This document shows, piece by piece, positions 9,349 to 16,976 of a stretch of DNA of 64,000 nucleotides. Each line of letters begins with the position of its first letter. Positions within the stretch are counted from its first letter, which is position 1. The notes under the pieces are model-generated. The model had not been told where the DNA came from and did not search any database. It saw only the letters and a program-made list of their open reading frames with translations. The position numbers and the translations under genes are program-made. Origin of the DNA: Anaerohalosphaeraceae bacterium (GTDB taxonomy: Bacteria > Planctomycetota > Phycisphaerae > Sedimentisphaerales > Anaerohalosphaeraceae); NCBI GenBank assembly GCA_963675525.2, contig CAXXSL010000016.1:544001-608000 (forward strand), written 5' to 3'.

Positions 9349-9588
9349 ATGTATAAATTTATCACACTCTCACTCTCACATAGGGATGTCGGACAAATTC
9401 TCGACGGCCTCGAACAACGCCGAATCATCTGGCAGGCGACCGCAGAATGGCTGATGTATGATTACTCAGAATTATCCGACTACATCGAGGAATGCTCTGA
9501 CCCTCTTGAAGCTCAAGCCATTGCGGATTATTATCAATACATCATCAATACTGTAAAAAATCAAAGAGACTGCCAACTTAACTGCTAA
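9349..9588 (+). CDS. Hypothetical protein
   Basis: 79-aa ORF with ATG and plausible composition; no family recognised. Confidence 0.5.
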   Translation: MYKFITLSLSHRDVGQILDGLEQRRIIWQATAEWLMYDYSELSDYIEECSDPLEAQAIADYYQYIINTVKNQRDCQLNC

Positions 9589-9616
9589 TGTTAATTCCAT
9601 TCTATAAGGATATTTT

Positions 9617-9826
9617 ATGGCAGAAGTAGAAGTTATGAACGTGAAAACATTGATATCGATTTTAAGTAAAATTGATTCTAAGTTTGGTGATTTCGAAATA
9701 TGGTTATCTAAAGATGAAGAAGGTAACGAATTTATGCGGATGCTCAGAAACACCTCTTTAAGTTTAGCAATAGATAATGATCAAAAACAAATTATATTCT
9801 TTCCTTCGTGGTTTCCTGAAAGCTGA
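9617..9826 (+). CDS. Hypothetical protein (phage-like small protein)
   Basis: 69-aa ORF, RBS TAAGGA, motif LSKDEEGNEF; start may be 9635. Confidence 0.5.
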   Translation: MAEVEVMNVKTLISILSKIDSKFGDFEIWLSKDEEGNEFMRMLRNTSLSLAIDNDQKQIIFFPSWFPES

Positions 9827-9848
9827 GCTACTAAAGAAAATAGTTCAC

Positions 9849-10538
9849 TCATATAATCTTATCAGATTTCTGTAAATTATGGCGTGCACATAACAGCCGG
9901 ACGTTTTTCTCGGTGATACTACTTCCGCCTTTTGAAAAAGGCACGTCATGATCAAAATGGAGATTGTCTTTACTGCCACACTTAACACATTGTCCATGGT
10001 CTCGTTTCCACACAGCAACCTTAACTGATGTGGGGATGACACGTGTTTGTTTTAACACAGGATCATTCGAAATATTCTTAGGAGAAGGCTTTAGAAAGAA
10101 CCGAAAGACATCACGCCTTCCGTCATGAATAACTTTCGAATCAATCAGTTCATATTTTCCATGATCACACCATACGCCCGCTATGATCTTTTCATATACT
10201 TGAACAATTTCCGCCTTGGCCTTTCCTTCTTTATAGACTTTAACAGCTTCAGCAAATTTACCATTATCAGTCAGAGTGCCGCTCGGGTAACAATATGGCT
10301 GATCTACTTCTTTTGGATTAATGTTACTATCAGCGCGGTTCATTTCATCATGACCTTCATACTCCAAAAGTCCGGTTTCTTCGTGCCACTTATCTTGATA
10401 GGGTGCGCCTTTTCGAACACTCATGAGGATAATCGAATAATGTGGCTTAATACGAAAATTCATACCCCTTTGAAGATTCATCCCTTCACGAGCAACCATT
10501 TCGGCATATGCGATAATACTCTTGTGGGATTTAGTCAT
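9849..10538 (-). CDS. HNH endonuclease with N-terminal SRA-like domain (candidate modification-dependent restriction enzyme)
   Basis: C-terminal VWKRDHGQCVKC...HFDHDVPFSKGG...NVRLLCARHN HNH; N-terminal PYQD...LEYEGHD...DQ...N pattern resembles SRA/YDG-type readers. Confidence 0.8.
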   Translation of the reverse strand: MTKSHKSIIAYAEMVAREGMNLQRGMNFRIKPHYSIILMSVRKGAPYQDKWHEETGLLEYEGHDEMNRADSNINPKEVDQPYCYPSGTLTDNGKFAEAVKVYKEGKAKAEIVQVYEKIIAGVWCDHGKYELIDSKVIHDGRRDVFRFFLKPSPKNISNDPVLKQTRVIPTSVKVAVWKRDHGQCVKCGSKDNLHFDHDVPFSKGGSSITEKNVRLLCARHNLQKSDKII

Positions 10539-10605
10539 AATTTGGTTTTCTAAAAAATTTTCTATCTGAATAGAGTATTTATTATCGCCTTAAATTAATA
10601 GTAAA

Positions 10606-11667
10606 CTATACTTTCAGATATTCTTGTAGTATTCTCAACCTCTCTTTAATCGAAGAAGCATCATTAGTGCCTTGCTGTGACATTCTATCGTATTCAAGCA
10701 AGTCATAATTTGCTTTTGAAATATTTTTCTCGGCAATTTTTCTGTTTTCCAATCGGTCTTGATTGAAACCTAAAAACTTCGTTCTAACTAACGTCTTCTT
10801 CTTTTCAATCGCCTCTTTAAATAACAGAAAGTAGATTGGAATAACTGCTTGGTTATTTAATAAACTATCTTTCTTATGAAAAAAACGAGACATCTCATTA
10901 AGAACTTTAACAACTTCCTTTTTTATAAACGCACTGTCTTTCTTTGTTTTACCCTTAAATTCTTTAACAAATTCATCTAAGAAAACCTTCTTAGTGTCAT
11001 AAATTTTCCCTGAATATTTTAGAGATGAAATCAAAAACAAAAGTCTCGCAGCTATTTCCCTATGTTGGTATCTTTTATTAGAGATTTTAAGATTATGTTT
11101 GAAAAGTTGATGTGCCGATATATCACGAATAATTTTGGCCATAGAACCGCCAAAAGCATTTCTTTTCTCTGCTGCTGTTAAAGTTACTGCTTCATTCAAT
11201 CTTGAGAACATGTCTTCAATAACATCGATATCATCTGTTTCTACTAGAATAATTGGCAGTACAAATGAGTCGAAAATAATTTTCAATTTAGGATACCTTT
11301 TTGCAAGTTCTTCATATGAGAGAGAACTCGCCTTAATCTCAGGGTCTTTGAAGTAATCAAAATCATCAGATAGCTTAAACTTGCCATCAATAAACGACCA
11401 AATTGTTTCAAGTCTTTGTCGTCCATCAATAATTGCATAATCTTTTTTAGAACTATTTATTTTTCTACCTTTTTCGTCGAGAAGATGGAAATATAATTTG
11501 GGGATATCATATTCATTTAAAATCGAATCGATTAGAAGTTGTCTTTTTTCAATATCCCACAAATCTCCATTTCTTTGATAAGCTGGTTGAGTATCGATAT
11601 TGTCTCTTTCTGCATTGATACGTAATACGGTGCTTTGTTGCATTGGATAAGTTTTAATAACTTTCAT
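10606..11667 (-). CDS. DUF262 (ParB/Srx-like, GmrSD N-terminal-type) domain protein
   Basis: PAYQR...W...LIDSIL..Y.IP, IIDGRQRLETI, FSRLN...LT..EKRNA motifs. Confidence 0.88.
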   Translation of the reverse strand: MKVIKTYPMQQSTVLRINAERDNIDTQPAYQRNGDLWDIEKRQLLIDSILNEYDIPKLYFHLLDEKGRKINSSKKDYAIIDGRQRLETIWSFIDGKFKLSDDFDYFKDPEIKASSLSYEELAKRYPKLKIIFDSFVLPIILVETDDIDVIEDMFSRLNEAVTLTAAEKRNAFGGSMAKIIRDISAHQLFKHNLKISNKRYQHREIAARLLFLISSLKYSGKIYDTKKVFLDEFVKEFKGKTKKDSAFIKKEVVKVLNEMSRFFHKKDSLLNNQAVIPIYFLLFKEAIEKKKTLVRTKFLGFNQDRLENRKIAEKNISKANYDLLEYDRMSQQGTNDASSIKERLRILQEYLKV

Positions 11668-12401
11668 GCGATATCCTCCTTTATTGCTTCCCCAATACTT
11701 GATAACTCGGGAAAAAGTTGAAATTTTTGTATCCCGATAAGCTTGAGATCTTTCAGCATCGTACCCTTTTTTCTTTTTGGAATAATGTATCTTGTTGTAT
11801 GGCTTTTATCATGTATATTTTCAATCGAAGTTTTATCACGATGGCTAATTGTAAAAACGCCTAGTTGAGATTGCATTCGCGGGTTGTTTCTTGGCACAAG
11901 AGCCGCAATCGGCAATAGTTCACTTTTCCTTTCTCCGGCAAGATTTTCAGGAAAATAGTTTTCCACAATATCATCTTCTAGAGAGGGAATATAATAAGGA
12001 TATTCTGGCTTGATTCCGCTCTTTTTATTTAACTCTACAGGTCGTAAAATCCATAATGCCCCATCTAAATCGTTATGCTCATTGCATGCAAAGTACAAAG
12101 CGACCAAAGGACTTTCAGTCCAATCTAACAATCGAGTGGGTACTCCGTGATGCTGCATAATAAATAGCCAATCCATTAAGGTATTTGGATTTGGATTCAA
12201 CAAAAGAGTTGCACTTTGTCGAAAACGATTTATCATGTTCATTTCCGATTCATTAGCACATTCTCGAATAAAAGATGATTGCAGCTTCCATCCTTTCTGA
12301 GATTGGCCACGATACCAGACTGGGCCTTTATATTTCCCAATATCTTCTTTTAAATATTGAATCAGTTCTCCAATAGAATTTACTTTTTTTTCTGCCATCA
12401 T
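11664..12401 (-). CDS. FRG domain protein
   Basis: WYRGQS, MQHHGVPTRLLDWTESPLVALYFA, NPRMQSQLGVFT, LFPEL; stop overlaps the DUF262 start (ATGA). Confidence 0.9.
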   Translation of the reverse strand: MMAEKKVNSIGELIQYLKEDIGKYKGPVWYRGQSQKGWKLQSSFIRECANESEMNMINRFRQSATLLLNPNPNTLMDWLFIMQHHGVPTRLLDWTESPLVALYFACNEHNDLDGALWILRPVELNKKSGIKPEYPYYIPSLEDDIVENYFPENLAGERKSELLPIAALVPRNNPRMQSQLGVFTISHRDKTSIENIHDKSHTTRYIIPKRKKGTMLKDLKLIGIQKFQLFPELSSIGEAIKEDIA

Positions 12402-12451
12402 AGTTCCTTCTGATATTTAATAATTTTGGTTCTTTTGATTATTATTTATCA

Positions 12452-12688
12452 TCATGTTGGATCACTTAAAAAAAATGGTAATCGTTTTTTATAGAGTTTT
12501 GCGAATTCTTGAAGTTGGAGAACATCGAGACGGTATTGGCCGGACTCGATTTTAGAAATGAATGACTGCCCTACTCCTAAGCTTTTGGCAACCTGTAACT
12601 GCGTAAGCCCTTGTTTCAATCTCGCATCTTTAAGCTTGTTGATGATTGCCCTGTACTGATCTGTGTATATGCTTTTCTTGATATTCAT
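12452..12688 (-). CDS. XRE-family HTH transcriptional regulator
   Basis: LKDARLKQGLTQLQVAKSLGVGQSFISKIESG; start ATG 12688. Confidence 0.9.
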   Translation of the reverse strand: MNIKKSIYTDQYRAIINKLKDARLKQGLTQLQVAKSLGVGQSFISKIESGQYRLDVLQLQEFAKLYKKRLPFFLSDPT

Positions 12689-12710
12689 GGCCACCAGGAT
12701 ATACCCCATA

Positions 12711-12735
12711 TTGGAATATTCCAAATTGGAATATT
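12711..12735. promoter_or_regulatory. Overlapping palindromic operator candidates between divergent genes
   Basis: TTGGAATATTCCAA (perfect palindrome, 12711-12724) and AATATTCCAA-A-TTGGAATATT (12715-12735). Confidence 0.6.
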
Positions 12736-12796
12736 TTTTGTTGCCCAAATACCAGAATCTGTTAAGATTGGTACGGATTTAATTAAGGAGCCTTCT

Positions 12797-13045
12797 ATGA
12801 CAGGAAAAAGTTGTAAACATTTGGATCATATCGAAGAATACAAGAGTACTATTCGTCATAACAATAATACCGACAGGGTAAATTGGGGTGATGTGACAGC
12901 AACCTTGGTTGCTGAACATGAATGGACCGAAGAAGGCGCATCGCATCTCATCCATTTAGCAAGGGATTACGGTTCTTTTATCTTATCACATGCGTTTGCT
13001 TTGGCGACGGTTTTAAAACAAGAAGACGGCGAAATCGGGTTATAG
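12797..13045 (+). CDS. Hypothetical protein
   Basis: ATG 12797 after TAAGGAG; 82 aa; no family recognised. Confidence 0.6.
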   Translation: MTGKSCKHLDHIEEYKSTIRHNNNTDRVNWGDVTATLVAEHEWTEEGASHLIHLARDYGSFILSHAFALATVLKQEDGEIGL

Positions 13046-13048
13046 ATC

Positions 13049-13146
13049 TGACTGTCTTGGTCATCTGGGAGTGTCAGCTAAAAAACCCCGACAAACTCCG
13101 GCAGCGTATCGAAAACTTCCTAACCCCAAATAAACCCCAACAATAA
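13049..13146 (+). pseudogene. vsr: 3' remnant of very-short-patch repair endonuclease
   Basis: TVLVIWECQLKNPDKLRQRIENFL matches the Vsr C-terminal VLVIWEC motif; no N-terminus. Confidence 0.65.
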
Positions 13147-13163
13147 GAAGAAGCGTTCTCTAT

Positions 13164-13580
13164 GAATCGCCCGGCCGCCAGGACACCCGCGGCAAACTCG
13201 GCGAGGTAGCGCATCCCGAACTCGCTTCGGGAGAGCATGGCCTATAGGATAAGCCAAAGAATCGCCCCAGCCGATAGGATGGCTGATTAAAATGGGTCGG
13301 TGAGCGCAGAAATGATTTTCGAGCACTTCCGGCCGATTTTAAGCAGAGTGGAGCGTCAAAAACGCTCCGGCGAAAAATAGTTTCACAAGCAAATCCTTTG
13401 CAGAACCTCGCATCGAATCGCCCGGCCGAAAGGACGCCGCTGCTTGGAGTTGGATGGGAGCACAGATGCGCGATCAAGCACTTTTTCCAAACCGCCAAAA
13501 GCGCTGCGCTGTTGGCGGTTTTATCCCCGGGTCTGTGAGACCCTCTAAGCAGGCAGGAGTGTGCAACACTCCGGCGATTC
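13164..13580. repeat. Structured non-coding element with repeated GAATCGCC motifs and many hairpins
   Basis: GAATCGCCC(G/CA)GCCG..AGGA at 13164, 13259, 13415; inverted CCGGCGATTC at 13571; at least five internal hairpins. Confidence 0.55.
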
Positions 13581-13825
13581 CCTCTCCAAGTCCTTCACGC
13601 TCTTCATGGTTAAAATAATTCCCGTTAATCCCGTTAATCCTGTCTAAAAAATCCATAAAAACAGCCATTTGAAAGAAGTAATAGTTACCCCGGACACCGA
13701 TCCGGGGCCACAATTCAAAATTATGAATTAAAAATTTAAAATTAAGTTATATTTTCATCTAACTTATGGTACAATGCCTTTCCAATTGAATAGTAAATAA
13801 ATTAGCGTACATCAGCGTTAATATT

Positions 13826-13925
13826 GTCATCCTCGCGAAGGCGGGGATCGGGGTCAAAAAAAGAAGGAGCAATTCAATGAACCGTAACCGACACACCGTC
13901 ATTCCGACCGCCGGCGGAGGAATCT
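13826..13925. repeat. Two degenerate REP/dRS3-like palindromes
   Basis: GTCATCCTCGCGAAGGCGGGGATC (13826-13849); GTCATTCCGACCGCCGGCGGAGGAATCT (13898-13925). Confidence 0.6.
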
Positions 13926-13944
13926 ATTTAAACAGCCGTCCGCA

Positions 13945-14456
13945 AGGATTCCGAATTCTTAAGTTCTTATGTTCTGGGGTTCATGAGTTCTTGAAACATG
14001 CTTTTTTACAAAACGAACCCAATTTTCAGACGTGCCCGGTTTCTCCAAATCTCCATCAGCGAAGCGCTTATGGAGATTTCATTGTCGTGCCTTTAAGGCA
14101 CCGCAGCCAAAAACAAACCCAATCAAACCCAATACGAACCCAATTTTGCCCCAAGTACCCCCTACTCGCGCACGCCGTTTCCAGCCCAAAATCGCACGTT
14201 TCGCTTTGGAAAAATCAAAAATCCCCCTTTTTGACCCCGCCAACCCCCAAAAAAACGAACCCAATTTAACCCCCAAGTAGCACCTCGACGCAAATGCATT
14301 ATACCGCACTCAAACCCCCAAAAGAACGCAACACCCCCCTTTTTAATAGCGCCACGCAAACCCAATCAAACCCAATACGAACCCATTTTTCAGCTTTCCA
14401 GGCGGAGTGGACGATAGATATAATTACAAGAACTCAAGGACTCAGGAATTCAAGGA
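13945..14456. repeat. AACCCAAT-repeat module flanked by inverted octamer arrays
   Basis: AAAACGAACCCAATTT near 14010 and 14252; identical 29-mer CAAACCCAATCAAACCCAATACGAACCCA at 14114 and 14357; TGAGTTCTTG (13984) / CAAGAACTCA (14427) within 8-bp-periodic arrays. Confidence 0.75.
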
Positions 14457-14545
14457 TGCGGATTGGATCATGATGGGATATGAAGCGACGGGCGAATCAA
14501 TCTGAGGTATTGATCTTAACGTTGGACCAATTGCGGAAGGCAACC

Positions 14546-14922
14546 ATGAAAATCAGGTACACTACGGAGAAAGGGAGCGTTTATATTCAGACGGTCAGTT
14601 CGGTGCGGGGGAGTACTGGACAAAGGAGGATACGGCCGGGGAGGTGCATTCTCTGGCCGGAGGCATGCACATCGCGCGGTCCCGGCTGCAGGAGCTGATC
14701 CGCGAATACCCGACGTCGCTGCTGGATAAGACGCTGTGTTTCGGGATGGGGGTCGAGAAGGAGTTCTTTGAGGATGCGCAGCGTGAACGGTTCAGCGGGA
14801 TGCTCGAGGCGGAGCTGACGGTGATCTTCTTTCTGGTTAAACACCCCGGCGATACGTACGGGCTGGGATGCAGCAGCGAAGTGGTGCGCATCGAAAAGGA
14901 CGAAGAGGGTGATAGGCAATAG
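14546..14922 (+). pseudogene. Hypothetical protein gene with an apparent frameshift near 14600-14610
   Basis: MKIRYTTEKGSVYIQTVS continues in another frame as GEYWTKEDTAGEVHSLAGG...DRQ*. Confidence 0.45.
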
Positions 14923-14968
14923 GCAATAGGCAGTGGGCAGTGGGCGGTAGGCGGTTAGCAGTTATCGG
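14913..14968. repeat. Heptamer tandem array; right arm of the island-flanking inverted repeat
   Basis: TAGGCAATAGGCAATAGGCAGTGGGCA (14913-14939) is the exact reverse complement of 9177-9203. Confidence 0.85.
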
Positions 14969-15174
14969 CCGCAGACGTAAGTGTGTTTTTGGAGTGGGTA
15001 TTACCTTATTCGGCGTTTATACCGAGAAACACTGCTGATTTTACGTAAACATTCATAAATATCATCTTTTTTGCTGATTTTTTCGAGATTTTTGAAACAT
15101 TTCGCCAATTACTGACATCTATATATAGAGAAGACGAAGAAACACAAAGAGAGAATAAGAGACCAGGAGCAGTC

Positions 15175-15393
15175 ATGATAACATTTGCATGCAAAAAATG
15201 CGGCAGTACCTACAAGCTGTCAGATGAATATGCCGGAAAACGAGTTCGATGTAAAAAATGCAGCCACGTGATCGAGATCAAGGCCGCTGCGGCAGTCGAT
15301 GAGTCCATGCCGGACTTTGACTCACTCTTTACGGCATTAGCTGAAGAAGAACGCAGCGCACCGACCCTGGCCGACAGCATGGTGGGAAAGTAA
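15175..15393 (+). CDS. Small zinc-ribbon (MJ0042-like) protein
   Basis: CKKC...AGKRVRCKKC; RBS AGGAG. Confidence 0.8.
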   Translation: MITFACKKCGSTYKLSDEYAGKRVRCKKCSHVIEIKAAAAVDESMPDFDSLFTALAEEERSAPTLADSMVGK

Positions 15394-15458
15394 GCGGAGA
15401 TTTCAAAAAAACAGATGCTTTAAAGTATAGTATAGAGTTTTCATAAACATTTCCTTTG

Positions 15459-15496
15459 AAAAAGCCTGTCGAGCTGAATTCGGCAGGCTTTTTTTG
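15459..15496. terminator. Bidirectional rho-independent terminator
   Basis: AAAAGCCTGTCGAG...TTCGGCAGGCTTTTTTT between convergent genes. Confidence 0.75.
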
Positions 15497-15573
15497 TTTT
15501 TTTATTCGCATGGCTTGTCCTTCTGCTGGAGCGACAGCGTACAAGTGCGCCATGGCGTTTTTATATTCACCGC

Positions 15574-16770
15574 TTAGACGATTGGGTAATTGCCCAGAAA
15601 CTCGGTTTCGGGCAGATTGCCGACCAAGGGCTTTGCGTACTTGATGAATGCATCGGTCATGCCGTTACCGGCGGCGTTGATGTATTCATCGGGGACGCTC
15701 TTGGTGTGTTCGGCCACAGTGGACAGGTCGGTGCGGAAATATTCGACGGCGTACTTGTCGCCGTTTCCGGTGCGCTTCATGGCGACCGAGCCGTTATCGT
15801 CTTTCATGGAATACAGCACGGCGAGGCGTCCGCATTCGCGGGCTTCGACGACATCGGTTTCGGACTGGAGACCAGCGAAACTGCGCTGGAGGTAGCCGAA
15901 GGTATCTGCGCGGACGCGTTTGATCTTGAGCTCGGCTCTGATCTTGTTGGCTAAAAAGTCGGCCAATGCGCCGGTGCCGGAAAGCTGGACGTTGCCGTGT
16001 GCATCGTGTTCGGCCTCTTCGACGATCTTCTCGGCCCAGGTCACGTGGTCTTCATCGCAGATGCCTTCGCTGACAGCGATGACGCAGCGGCCATGCTTTT
16101 TATACATGGCTTCGACATCGCCCAGCAGTTTTTCCATGGAGACGGGCCGTTCGGGGATGTAGATCAGATGGGGGCCGTCGTCTTTGCGCTGCTTGGCGAG
16201 GGCTGCGGCTCCGGTGAGAAACCCGGCATGGCGTCCCATGATGACATCGATCTTGATGCCGGGCAGTGCGCGGTTGTCCAGATCGTCTCCCATGAGGGCA
16301 CAGGCGACGAATTTTCCGGCGGTGCCGAAACCGGGACAGTGGTCGGTGACGAGCAGGTCGTTGTCAACGGTTTTGGGTACATGGAAAGCCCGAAGGTCAT
16401 AGCCGGCCTTTTCAGCCATGCTGTTGACGATGTAGCAGGTGTTGGCGGAATCATTGCCGCCGATATAGTAGAAAAAGCGGATGTCACGTTTTTTGAAGAC
16501 GTCGAGGATGCGATGGCAATAGTCTTCGTCGGGCTTGTCGCGGCTGGAGCCGAGTGCTGATGACGGCGAGTCTGCGACTTTTTCGAGGGTATCGAGTGAG
16601 ATCTGTTTGAGGTCGACGAAGTGTTCCTTGACGATACCGGCGACGGCATGGACACCGCCGTAGAGATTATCGATTTCTTTGTGCCTGCAGGCCTCCTGAA
16701 TCACGCCGACGAGGGAGGCATTGATGACCCCTGTCGGCCCGCCGGATTGACTGACTACTGCATTTGCCAT
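15574..16770 (-). CDS. pfp: Phosphofructokinase, probably PPi-dependent
   Basis: QSGGPTGVIN, IGGNDS (Asp = PPi type), PKTVDND (Lys = PPi type), MGRHAG, FGYLQRS. Confidence 0.9.
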   Translation of the reverse strand: MANAVVSQSGGPTGVINASLVGVIQEACRHKEIDNLYGGVHAVAGIVKEHFVDLKQISLDTLEKVADSPSSALGSSRDKPDEDYCHRILDVFKKRDIRFFYYIGGNDSANTCYIVNSMAEKAGYDLRAFHVPKTVDNDLLVTDHCPGFGTAGKFVACALMGDDLDNRALPGIKIDVIMGRHAGFLTGAAALAKQRKDDGPHLIYIPERPVSMEKLLGDVEAMYKKHGRCVIAVSEGICDEDHVTWAEKIVEEAEHDAHGNVQLSGTGALADFLANKIRAELKIKRVRADTFGYLQRSFAGLQSETDVVEARECGRLAVLYSMKDDNGSVAMKRTGNGDKYAVEYFRTDLSTVAEHTKSVPDEYINAAGNGMTDAFIKYAKPLVGNLPETEFLGNYPIV

Positions 16771-16976
16771 GATTTCAGACCTTTCGTGTTTAGGTTAAAT
16801 ACGTTTATTCGTTACTGTTGTGTTACGGGTTAGGCGATTATACAGAAAAGGGGCAGGAAATCAAGCCCAAAGCGGGCCGGAAGGTGTAGAATATGGTTTA
16901 GAAACGGAAAATCGGCTGTTTTTCCGCAAACTCTGCGGGGATTGGTGACTTAACACGTAGCGGCCGGAAACGGGAT

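Noticed and set aside
9349..13146. Integron cassette array
   Set aside because: Genes are on both strands, I found no convincing attC sites, and the Xer-like protein lacks the IntI-specific insertion.
13877..14365. Short ORFs over the AACCCAAT repeats
   Set aside because: Translations merely reflect the DNA repeats (QNEPNF, KQTQSNP) in several frames; treated as non-coding.
13164..14400. CRISPR array
   Set aside because: Repeats are few, degenerate and irregularly spaced (about 95-240 bp); no cas genes.
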